This document shows, in pieces, positions 52,401 to 63,030 of a DNA stretch of 64,000 nucleotides; the first letter of the stretch is position 1, and every line of letters begins with the position of its first letter. Position numbers and translations under genes: made by a program. The notes under the pieces are model-generated. The model searched no databases. It saw nothing but the letters and a program-made list of their open reading frames with translations, and was not told the DNA's origin. The stretch is taken from the NCBI GenBank assembly GCA_028534125.1, contig CM052816.1:91638001-91702000 (forward strand), read 5' to 3'. Source of the stretch: Lama glama. Its lineage: Eukaryota.

Positions 52401-53911
52401 GAAATGATAAAAGCAGAAATCTGTTTTAAGCTTTACTAAGTTAAAAACCAAGCAGTTTCAGGTGGAAAGTTACATAATGAGAGTATTGTTGTACCTGCCT
52501 TTTGAGAATCTCTGGTATGTCCAAGTGAACATCGATGATGAATGGAGTGTGGAAGAACAAAAAGGATGTTTTGATAACACAATTGCAATTGGGCTGCTTT
52601 GGCTTTATCACCATATTTAAGACTGCTATTGTTGTTCTTAATTATCACAAAGTGTGTGCAACAGACATGCCTGGCCCAATTTCCAGTCTGCATCTTGCTG
52701 AAGTTCTGAATTAGCTGAAACAAATGTGTGAGCACTGCTTATGTGAAATCCATAGAGTTCCCTACAGAATAACATGACTCACAGACAATCAGCGCCCAAA
52801 ATCTATTCCTGATTCCCATTCCATCCCATCCTTAAAGAATGGAGGTTTGAAAGATGAGGAGCCAGTGCATAAATGAATATCACAGATAAGGTAAAGGATC
52901 AAAAATATAGCTTGTGTTTGATGGGGTAGGGGTGAGGAGTGGGAGAAATTCATGGAATGGCACAGTCACCACCGTGGTGTGTGATAATGAGTGGGAGAAA
53001 TGCAGTGTACATTTCAGAAACATGCTGGAGCTGTCAAAGTACATGATACAAGAAATACACTTTATAAATTACACAAGGAAGTATTTTCCATTGAATTACA
53101 AACAAAATATTTTAAAAAACATTCTTGTGCAATTCAACTAATAATTACTACATTTTTACCATCTTTTTTTTGGCCAAAGGTTGACGTGTACACCCTTTAC
53201 ATTGTTCTATGCGCAACTGTCCTATTTCTCTTTAGTTATTCGATTTTTATGTAATGGTTAACTGTGTTATCTTTTCTGTAGTTGAAAACTATCTCAGAAA
53301 ATGCTTCTCTGATTTTCCACTTGGCAACCTGTCAAGGGGTCTGCATGTCCAACAGCATCTGTCCATATTATAGTCTCTCTCTAAGCTCCCTCCATAACCT
53401 TAATTACTTCTTTCCTCACCAATTCAGAATTTCTTGGAGAAATAGAGAAACTGGACAGGAGTCCCTCATGTCCCAGAGGTCAAGAGAAAGAACTGAGCCT
53501 TAGCTGGAGGGTGGTTCAGGACCATGGACAACAACCACAGCGTCACCTGCCACCACCTCCAAACTCAATAGCCAGGATCAGAGAAGGCAAGGAAAAACTC
53601 TTGCTCAAGTTACTTGCTCAGGGCTTACTGTTAAATTTCTATGTTTTTAATTTCTAGGCTGTCAAAATTCCTACCATGACCAGGTTAATACAGTTTCATT
53701 AAAGTGCCATCCTGCTAGAAAAAGCTGGCAAAACATCAGAACACAGAAATCTGGACTTGCATTATGGTGGGGGCATGCCAAGCTCAGGGGTCAAATTTAC
53801 AAAGGTGAGAACATATTCTTAAGTCCCGGACCACGCCAGATGAACTGGGAAAGAGAAACTCACAGGGGAACACTAAAATCTGAAATGAAAAACCACTTCT
53901 AGGTCAGAATA

Positions 53912-54339
53912 AGTGGTGTGATGAATAATGGTCTCCATAGAGAAGTCCCTGTGTCCTAATCCCTAGAAAATGGTCAATCAAACGTGCAGATTAAATTGCG
54001 GATACTGAGATGAGGACGCTATCCTGGATTATCTGGGTGGGCTCAATAAAACCACAGCAGTCCTTGTAAGAGGGAAGCAAGGGGGTCAGAGTTAGTGGCA
54101 GGAGACGTGAAGAGAGATTAAGGAAGGGGCCATAAGTCAAGGAATGCAGGTGGTATCTAGAAGTTGAAAAAAAAAATCAAGGAAACAGAGTCTCCCCTCC
54201 AAGCCTCAGGAGGAACGCAACCCTGCCAGCATCTTGAGTTAGAGTTCTGACCTCCAGATCTGGAAGACAGTAAACTTGCATTTCTCAAAGCCGTTATGTT
54301 TGTAGCAATTTGCTACAGCAGCAATGAAAACCTAATACA
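53912..54339 (+). mobile_element. MaLR LTR (MLT1D-like)
   Basis: gaataatgg..tcctaatccctagaa..tatcctggattatctgggtgggctcaat..cagcagcaatgaaaacctaataca, TSD gaata/aaata. Confidence 0.85.
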
Positions 54340-56564
54340 AAATACACAAGAAGGACCCACGTGCAAAGAGAAAGAAAGGGAATCAAGCAACATGGGAATA
54401 TTTGAATGAATGGTAGGGCTTCTGTATCTCTGCTTTCTTCTGTCCATTTCCTTAAAATGACTGTGACATCCACTACTCACTCCCTTTTTCTAAGTAGAAT
54501 AGAGTTTAGAGAATCTTATAAACCACACGCTTCATTTTCTGCCCCCACTCTGCTGTATAATAAGCACTGGCAATCAGGATGGAACTCAGCACACTGCACT
54601 CTAGACCACGGGCAATTTCTTTCATTATTTAAAAATTCTCCAACGTTTGGGGGAAAAATGTGCTTAAAGTAAAATATTTAAATTGGGGCCCAATTCAATA
54701 AGGTTGGGTGGGGCTAAGTGAGTGCAGCGCAAATATATAAACATTCTTCATTAATCTGGCCTTTCTATTCTGTTTATGTTAGGTATTTTAGACCTTGGAA
54801 AAAGAGGATCACACAGTTTTCATAGCTCCTAGTCACTACCGAGGTCTTCAGAGAATTGAAGAGGTGCTAAAAGACTACATGTCAAGTTAGAGGTGGAAAG
54901 AACCAATGTGGAAATAAGAAGAGGAATAATGAAGGCTATTTTGGGTGGGAAGGGAGTGGTGAACAGAACACTGGTGGGAACTTGCTCTTTCTTCCACTAA
55001 TCCCAAACATTTACTGAGTCTGGCTAGGCCCTGTGCTATAGTCTATGCCAATATTTTAAAAATTCATGCAGTCACATCATGAAGAGGGTATTATTCTCAT
55101 TTTAATAGACTTAGAGGTCTGAGTAACTGGTCCAAGTTGACATAGTTTGAGTGGCTGAGGCAGGGGATCGAGTTTTAAAATACCCAAAGCCATGCTTTTT
55201 CAATCATGCCTTTCAGTGATGAGAGTATGTAAAGCTTTTTTGTTTAACTAGCTGTCTTTAGTTTCTTTGTCTTCCATGCTCTGGAAAGACAGGGCTTTGT
55301 TTGTTCCCTTGCCAAGGGAACATAATTTTCATTGAAGTTGAAGAATGATTCAGAAGCCTTACAAGCCACCAGCCCCCTTTCTCATTGACACACCAAATAC
55401 TCTACAGCTCAGCTTCCAGCAGTATGAAGGATGCTACCACCTGTAAACCTGTGTACATAACACCTCCTTCAGGTTTAACTATCTTGCACCATTAAGTGGA
55501 ACAGAAGAGGAAGTGGAAGCTGCTAGAAAAATAGAAGTACAGAATATGTGTGCTAATATTACTCCTGTAATTTTCATGCATAATTTATCAGTTTATGAGA
55601 CTTTTAGTTCATTCATGGAGAATTTCTTTTTTTAATTAGTTCATCCCTTGACCATCTTCTATTAGACAAAGTAACTGTGGTTTTGGAGCCAAGAAGGGCC
55701 TGGCTGGGAGGGACAGCAAATATTTTTGAACAATAAGACCCTAGACCCATCCTCAGTACTGACTTAACATCACTATAGCAATCAGCCTCTTAGAAACAGA
55801 GCTGGCTTGTTATCCAGATCTCCTAACTCCCAGTCAGAGCTTCTCCCATTTATAGCAGGTCTGATATTTGCCCTCCTCCCAAACTTCAATATGAACACCA
55901 CGGTATTGATGGTCACCTCTCAGATTTCCTGTACATATCTTCAGCATAGCACAGATGCAGTAAGTACGTACCCAATAAAGTAACATACACAAGAGGATAT
56001 GCTGGACATTAATTTTCTGGTTAAAAAGAAAATGAACTAAAGTCCAATGAAAAATGTTGAGAACTGTGTTCCTCCACTGCTTTGGAGTCATTTGATCCCC
56101 ATTTCAGGGCAGGAGAGGCTACATTTATCAGCACAGTGAAGAGTGAAAGTATCAATAAGATGTATTGCTTAGGGAAAAGCTCACAGTGATTAAGAAGTGA
56201 AAGCAAATGTCATGCATTAGAGCAGACAAGGTGCCAAGAAGCCGGTATCCCTCTCAGGTCTACGGATGACCCATGATGTGACTTTGGACGAATAACACAG
56301 CTTTTGTTGCAGAGAAGACTTAACTATAAATTACAGGGAAGACAGCTAGTTCTTACTGTCCCACAGGAGTGTGGGATGTTAAAACTGAATCAGAGAAGGG
56401 GAAATTCCTTTGTAAGCCTTACTTGCTTTTGCTGAGCTATATAGAAAGCCAGGCTTTAAGGAAATCTGAAGTCTTGTCTTGATATAACCCCTACTACTTG
56501 TGTATCTCTGGGCAAGTTGCATAATCTAGAATTTTCACCATCACACAGTGTGTACAAATAACTG

Positions 56565-56730
56565 TAGAGGCAGTGTGGTGTGGTGGAAAAGGAAGGAGGC
56601 TTAGAGCCAGGCACACTTGGATTCCAATTACCTCCAAAAGCTTCAGTTTCCCAATCTGTATAACGGGTAGGATGATAATAATACCCATATCAAAGGGATG
56701 TTTATATGGATGAAAAGAAATCATTCACAT
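56565..56730 (+). mobile_element. MIR SINE
   Basis: gaggcagtgtggtgtggtggaaa..gcttcagtttcccaatctgtataacgggtaggatgataataatacc. Confidence 0.65.
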
Positions 56731-56754
56731 AAAACTTTTGGATAAATTACACAT

Positions 56755-57200
56755 TTTCAATTTCAAATAACAAAAACCACAATATTGGCTTAACTTGATA
56801 AGAGCTCATTTTTTTCTCTTATCAGAAAGTCTAGAGGTGGGTAGCTGCTGGTTGGTTTATCACCTTGGCACTGACACCTCTGTAGTTTTCTTGGGCTCTG
56901 CCTTTCAGTTACAAATCGGCTGCCAGAATTCCATACATCATAGCTGTATTCAAGGTAGGCAAAAGTGGGGAGGAAAGGGAGGAATCAGGTGTGTTTGTTC
57001 CTTTTGTAAGGAAAGCAAAGTTTTCCTCGAACTATTTCTTGCATCCTCTCATTTTATCTTATTGCCCAGAACTGCCTCACGTGGCCACCCCAGCTGCAAG
57101 GGAGATTGGGAGATCAGAGACGAGGCTGATATGTCACCCAGGTGGGGCACACGTGGCCCTGAGTAAAGTCAGGGTTTGGGTGGCAAGAAAGAATAGGTGA
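56755..57200 (-). mobile_element. Old MaLR LTR (MLT1J-L-like)
   Basis: caaataacaaaaacc..tggcttaac..attgcccagaactgcctcacgtggccaccccagctgcaagggagattggga. Confidence 0.6.
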
Positions 57201-57449
57201 GGGAATTCTGGGAAGCAACTAAGTTGGCAATAAACTAACACTCAGTTAACTACTTGTTAACTGCTGCTTTTTTCCTTCCTTCACCAAAAAACTGAATAAA
57301 TCCATCCAGGTTTAACAGTGTGTGATTCCATATGGATTATTAAGTTACAACCAGAGATCGATACTATAGTAAAAATTCTCTGAACTGGTTTATTTGGAGA
57401 CGAACAGGACAGTGAGAAATCTGATTCATGAAATATTCTTAACTCTTCC

Positions 57450-57715
57450 TTCTGAGATTTACCAAAATAGTTGCAAAAATAGCACCACGGGGTCTCATAC
57501 ACCCTTTGCTGCCCTTCTCCAAATGTTAACATGTTATACGACCATAGCATGATGATCAAACCCGGGAAAACAACATTGAGACAGTGTTATTCACTAACCT
57601 GCGAGCCTTTATTCAAACTTCGTCAGTTGCCCTACTAATGTTCTTTCCTTGTCCAGGATCCAGTCCAGGATCCCAGTATATTTATTTGTCATGACTCCTT
57701 AACCTCCTCCAATCC
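57450..57715 (-). mobile_element. Old L1 (L1MC-like) 3' fragment
   Basis: atttaccaaaatagttgcaaaaatagcacc..tgttaacatgttatacgaccatag..tccaggatccagtccaggatccca. Confidence 0.7.
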
Positions 57716-57763
57716 GGATGCGGGATATTTTCAAAACTAGAGATTTTTACTATTTTGGTGTAG

Positions 57764-59129
57764 AGCCACTTGTTTTGAAATCTTTTGAATGTGTCACATC
57801 AAATTTAAAAGTTACATTACCGTTTGGTACATGGAGGATTCAAAAGTTGATTTGCTATTGTTGATTTGCTTAACATTCTTTCACATCGAAGATACGTGTA
57901 CATTTCAGAACAAAAAGTATAGATGATCGAGCTACAGACGAGTACAGTATGGATTAATGAGGGATTTCTGCATCGCGTCTGGGTGATGCCAAATTTCTCC
58001 TTTGGAGCGTTCTCTTGCCCATGACATGAACATTCATCATACCTATACTGGGTCGACTTTGAAGGTTCCAGATGGATATGTTAAAGATACATGCTCAAAT
58101 AGTGATAATTAGCTAAATAAGGACAGTATCATTTCTTAGAGAATTCCAACACAGAGTGCTGGGCAGTCCCTGGAAGTTCAGTCTTCCCGCATTCCCCGGT
58201 GAGGAGGCAGCTGGCGACAGAGTGAGTGGCATGCCAGAGGCCATGTGGCAAGACAGCAGACAGCGTGGCCATAGCTCCCCATGCAGCCGCCTCAGCCCTA
58301 TGCCCTGCTGCCTGCGTGGTCGTGGAGTTAAAATGACTGATGATCTTGGCAAACGGACTTAGATATTATGCCAATATTTTGGATCAATACCTGGGAGCAT
58401 TTCCCTAAACAATGCATCTTGACTCTGCTCTTTTGATAAATTGAGCCGTGCCTGCCCCGAGATAGGGGTCGAATGAATCAAAATGTCCACGTTTCTGGGC
58501 TTTGATGTACGTTTACATTTCTATATTTAGCCCATACCAACATCCCCCAGTTGATGTCTTGTGCACGGCTGTAACTACAGCGCGCAGGGATGCAGTGTGG
58601 CGTGGACCTTTGCCTGGCTCAGCGCGAATGGAGAAACTCAACATATCTGTACTGTCACGACTGAGCGCACAGTCTCAGAAGAGCACAGTTTGCTATCGTT
58701 CAAAATTCTAAATGTAGGTGGTCTTTGCTCTTCACTGGAGTTCTACACTACATTTCTATTCTGGGGATTAAGAATGAGCAAATCTGTGACAATGTTCCTC
58801 TTTAAGCAACTGATGTGTACTTACTTTTAGAGTTCACACTACCCTTAGAATAGAAGGGTATTAAAGCACATGAAGAAAGGATAAAGAAAGGATAACAATA
58901 GTTTAAATACAGGTATTCCCTCTACACCAGTGGAAAAACAAAAACCACCACCAGAGTTCTGGTTCTGATACGGGGTAAACCGCGTACTTGTTAACCAAAG
59001 CCACGCGACCTAGTGTGTCTTTAGATATTATTATTATGAAGTTGAAGAGGTCAAAAGAGGACAGTCACTCTTGAGGCAAACAGGACAGAAAGTAGTGAAA
59101 CACACATGAATGTGACAAAGTTTCTTGCC
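57764..59129 (+). pseudogene. Cluster of 3-4 exon remnants (about 57764-57826, 57892-58110, 58531-58713, 59001-59129)
   Basis: Translations: PLVLKSFECVTS; TCTFQNKKYR*SSYRRVQYGLMRDFC..HHTYTGSTLKVPDGYVKDTC; S*CLVHGCNYS..LLSFKILN|gtaggt; CVFRYYYYEVEEVKRGQSLLRQTGQKVVKHT*..|gtaagt. Confidence 0.6.
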
Positions 59130-60391
59130 GTAAGTACGTGCATTATTACTTTCTTAGATTAAAACATAGTCACTTTATGAACAATCATACAGTGTATTTA
59201 AATATAATCTGTGTGTATGCTTCCTTAGTGGCATCAGCTTTCGTCTTCAGATATTTACCTTTTGTGCTGCCTAATGCTGGAGTCTCATCATTATACATAT
59301 AACTAATAGAATAATGTTGAAAATAACAATGAATTAGCAATGGCAAGCAGTAAGGAACGAAAATGAGCCTCCAAGAAATTGCTTCCTTTTTTTTTAATTA
59401 TAAGGAGCCTTCTGCAAACTTTTCTTTATATATATGCTTGCTGATTTTGGTGTCCCAGTTTTTCCTTATCCTTAGAGTAGCTCTATACGTTCACAACTGA
59501 TGTGCTAAACATCCACCGTGATTCTGAGGCTTAGAAGAAAAGCTCCACAGATCCAAGCCCTCCGCAAACTGGAGGGGCTGTGATTCCTGGAGGCAGACGC
59601 AAATCCCACATTAGCCAGTCTGAGCCCAGTCTTAGTTTTGGTTCTGCGATGTGCTATGTGATGTTATCCTTAGAGTCAAAAAGTGTTTAATTGTTTCACA
59701 ACAATTCAAGACACTCTTTTGAATGAGAACTACGGATCTGTACAATGGAATTGTTTATCACTGGTGTGAGAGGGAAAAGCGAGGCTGCTGAGAGGAAAAC
59801 TGTCCTCTTTTCAGATAGCCCTGTCTGTCACGTCACGGTAGGATGTAGTGGGTGCTTACAGCACAGTGAATTTCCTCATTTAGTGTCTAACAAATAGAAA
59901 ACTTCAAGTTCCTTCCCTACCATTCACTTGGTTTGATGAAGGTGGAGAAAACACAAAACTTAAGTACAAGACAGTGTAAGCTGATAGAAAAATACTAATC
60001 CCTTTTTCTATTTGGAAAGAACAAATATATTACATGGAGAGCCAACTTTAAAATGGGAATGATTCTATTTCAAAATAATCATGGATGTGTACGTAAGAAT
60101 GAAAGTGGAGACTTGAAAGTAGACTTTTAAAGAGTAGGTTCCTGAAGGTTCCTTATCTTTGTCCCTTCACCCTGTGATGATGGAGACAAGATAAAGGCAG
60201 TGTCAGCAAGCCAGTTCTGCAGAGTTACTTGCACTGTAACGTTTACAGAATGCCTCCGTTAGACAAGACTCCTGTGCAAAGGATTGAAAATGAGACATAG
60301 TCCAATTCTCAAGTGTCTTAGTGAGCAGTGAGGGAGACAGACACATCAAGACTATTATAGGTCAATGGAGAAGGTGCAGACATGCTGAAGA

Positions 60392-61194
60392 CTGTGCCTG
60401 GAATTTTCACCATAAGTTGCTTCTGCCATGACCAGGTTTGCCATAGGCATTTTTGCTGCAAACCTTTTGCCACATAACTACTTGGCTGTAAGGCAATTTC
60501 GCTGTGAAAAATAAAATAACTGATTGAAAATTTTTGGTTTGACAGTTTGGTTTCAACTGGTTGAAAATGCATTAGCACTTTTTCCAGTTGGCAGCATTAC
60601 TGATGATGGCTTTACCGAGCCAACAGATGATGACGATTTGCCCAAGAGTGGTTTCTTTGAAACACACCACGTTGGAGAAGAAAGAGGCCAAGGGCCTCGA
60701 AGGTGCAGAGTTGAACCCACATCTCCCAAGGAACTTTGCAACATCTACCAATGGTTATGTGATACAAACAGCAGTGCAGACGCTTTCATAAAGCTCAGTT
60801 ACAAACATGCATCCTAGTGTTTGGAAACCAATAAAAAGTATGATGCTAAGTGAGGAGACAAATTAACAAGCAAAAACAAAAAAGTATCAAATACAACGAG
60901 TGAAATATGTGGAAGACAAATGCTTGGGTAAAATCCACAAAACAAAATCAGTTACTTGTGCCACGAACCTACACACATTTCACATGTATTCAAATATTTT
61001 ATATTTCACAATAGAGTCTTTTAAATTTTGACATTTCTCCTGCTTCACTATGTCCTTTTTAATGTCCCTCTTGTGTTTCTCATTAGTTTGTCCTCTATGG
61101 CAAAACTGCCTTATGGCCAAATAGTTACGTGGCAAAAAATGTATGCAGCAAAGATGCCACAGCAAAGATATTTCCTTGAAAGCATTTAGGACAG
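60392..61194 (+). mobile_element. MULE/MuDR (Ricksha-like) DNA transposon with transposase remnant
   Basis: Inverted termini about 70-100 bp long (60405-60505 vs 61098-61170) built of ~15-bp ttt(c)gcc(a/g)ta units. The interior reads ALALFPV..DGFTE..FFETHHVG..RGQGPRRCRVEPTSPKELCNIYQ..TNSSADAF, then HPSVWK in a shifted frame. This matches the MULE transposase C-terminal pattern LAFLP..YFE..YIG..P.FP..WN.Y..RTNN..E.FH..HP.IW. Confidence 0.8.
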
Positions 61195-61215
61195 CCTGAG
61201 GCTCAGTTGGCAACA

Positions 61216-61424
61216 CGGGTATCCTCTGCTTTTCAAAAGTTCACTTTACACCACTTCACTTTTACCAAAGACCTACTTTATACCTGTTTTCCACAACCAA
61301 AGAAGTCCTAAGAGGATTTTTACCTTTATCAATGAAGGTAATTGTTTCTTCTTCACTTTACGCCATTTTGACTTACAAAAAGTTTCATGGGAACACGCTA
61401 CTTTCGCATAGCGGGGAAAACCGG
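61216..61424. mobile_element. Tigger-type (TcMar) MITE
   Basis: Imperfect TIRs cgggtatcctctgcttttcaaaagt / actttcgcatagcggggaaaaccg, with internal cactttac(a/g)cca repeats. Confidence 0.7.
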
Positions 61425-62417
61425 TTCAGGGGAGTGAAACCTAACTCTGCCACTGAGTTCTGGAGAAGGGAGACGTCACAGAAAGATGGGAGGTGGCTAT
61501 AAGGCATCCAGACCTGGGACCGGGAGGATTATCTGCAAAGGGGACAGGAGGAGCAAGGAAGGAGGCAAGAAACACTACAGGCATGTGCAGAGAATGACAG
61601 GGAATTGAATGATGCTAGGATATACACAAAGGAAGTGGAGACGCAGGTTCAGGTCCCAATACGTGGGCCCTGAAGACCATGTTAGGGAACCTTGACTTAC
61701 CCCTAGCCAAAATGGTGAGTCACTGCACATTTTAAGCCTGGTCATGTGAGAGAGCCTGGGCCAGGAAAATAGTAATTAGAAAGGCTCACAGGGGACAGAT
61801 TTAAGAACTATTAGGAGTAGGGGCTCAGAAATGAGTTCAGTTTTACAGCATCAGTTTGAAGTACTTGTAGGTGATCCAGGCCGAGATACCTAGCTTGTGG
61901 GTGGATGTACAGGTCTAAAACTCAGGAAGGAGTCAGCAACTACGTAGCAACTGGCACATAATTGGGTCTCCATTTCAGTATCCTCAGCACATCCGAACAA
62001 AAAAACAAAACAACAAAAAAATAAACAAAAAAAACCTTCTTCTATCTTACAATTTCTTTTTTTTTTCTTTGAAAGGCCCTTGTAGATGTGCATTGTGGCT
62101 TTAGGCTGTAAATTTGGAGGACTATTCTAAAGAGTGGGAACATTTAGAGATCCTGGTGTCACAACAAAATGGCTGCTCATGATCCCTTGTGATGCTTACT
62201 GGGTCATTTGTTGCTATGTGTTTGTTTGCTACAGTACAGAAGTCTGTGCATGATACAGTCTTTTTTGTGTGTCAGACATAAGGGTATGGTTACAGCAACT
62301 ATGCTGGAAACTGAGGCCACCTTGGTCATGGCCGTAGGAGTGTGTTACATTTTTGAACGTCATGCATGATAAATGTCAGTGGTGAGACCATAAAAGAAAA
62401 GTTGAGAACAATTGTTT

Positions 62418-62793
62418 TGGGGCAGCAAATTATAGCTCTAAGCCAAATCTTGCCCATTACCTATTTTTGTACAGCCCAATTTTGTGCCAAGAATGGTCTT
62501 TAAGGATGAGCATTTGCAAAGTTTGGTGATAGCAAAACAGCACCTTTGAGCCCCAATTTAAGGGAACATTATATTCCTGCCAAAAGAATTCCATTAGTAG
62601 ATACGTATTTTTTTAAAATCCCATTTAATTACATTATTATATTTTTAATTTTGTCATCAAAAATTTTGTAGAAATTTGTCTTATCTCTTGTGATGTAACT
62701 ATCTACACAATATTCTTACTCTGCTCTCTTGGCACCAGGAGCTTGAAATATTTACTATTTCATCCCTTAGAGAAAAAGTTTGCCAACTTCTGC
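62418..62793. mobile_element. hAT-Charlie element (MER58-family-like)
   Basis: gggcagcaaattatagc..gccaaatcttgccc..tttttgtacagccc...aaatatttactattt..agaaaaagtttgccaacttctg. Confidence 0.65.
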
Positions 62794-62829
62794 TCTAGAT
62801 TACAGTGATGCAACAAAGCATACAGAACA

Positions 62830-63030
62830 CTTACACTGTGTCTAGCATCCCGCTAAGATTAATATTCTCAGTCTCTCATTCAATACTCAAGGAAATTGGT
62901 TGGGTGAATGTGACAGTTAATCCTATCTCACAGAGGAAACCAAAATGTAGAGATATTAAATAACTTCTCCAAACCCACACACTTATAAGGGAGAGACTAG
63001 GGCTTGAATCCAGTTGGTCTGCATTGAAAA
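62830..63030 (-). mobile_element. MIR SINE
   Basis: atcctatctcacagaggaaaccaaaatgtagagatattaaataactt..ggcttgaatccag. Confidence 0.55.

Larger units (their letters stand above)
1494..59129 (+). pseudogene. Putative decayed multi-exon gene (unitary pseudogene) for a large protein built of repeated FN1/vWC-like two-Cys modules; identity unknown, ends not defined
   Basis: About 20 non-repeat patches on the + strand, many bounded by pyrimidine-tract/AG and GT(A/G)AG. Their translations, allowing stops and frameshifts, share a motif: CTFQNKKY..VQYGLMRDFC, CLFQNEAL..VEVADGFFFE*, CLYNES..KVVDLC, CQTFGQEFSWGS, CVFRYYYYEV..GQKVVKHT*, CLLNSSIVKR, G*RYSGQLTYPNSPHKVP. Most patches carry in-frame stops or frameshifts. 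Confidence 0.6.

Noticed and set aside
57764..57960. ZP-N domain (FECVTSNLKVTLP) or perforin C2 (ELQTSTVW) similarity
   Set aside because: The matches are only 6-10 residues long with no supporting motifs in neighbouring exons, and the perforin-like words are in a different frame from the module.
27720..59109. Selenoprotein or readthrough explanation for the many in-frame TGA codons
   Set aside because: TAA/TAG stops and frameshifts co-occur and no SECIS was recognised; mutational decay is simpler.
60524..60835. Apparent last exon of the fossil gene (ttttccag acceptor, open frame, aataaa at 60830)
   Set aside because: It lies between inverted termini and matches MULE transposase motifs, so it is transposon-derived.
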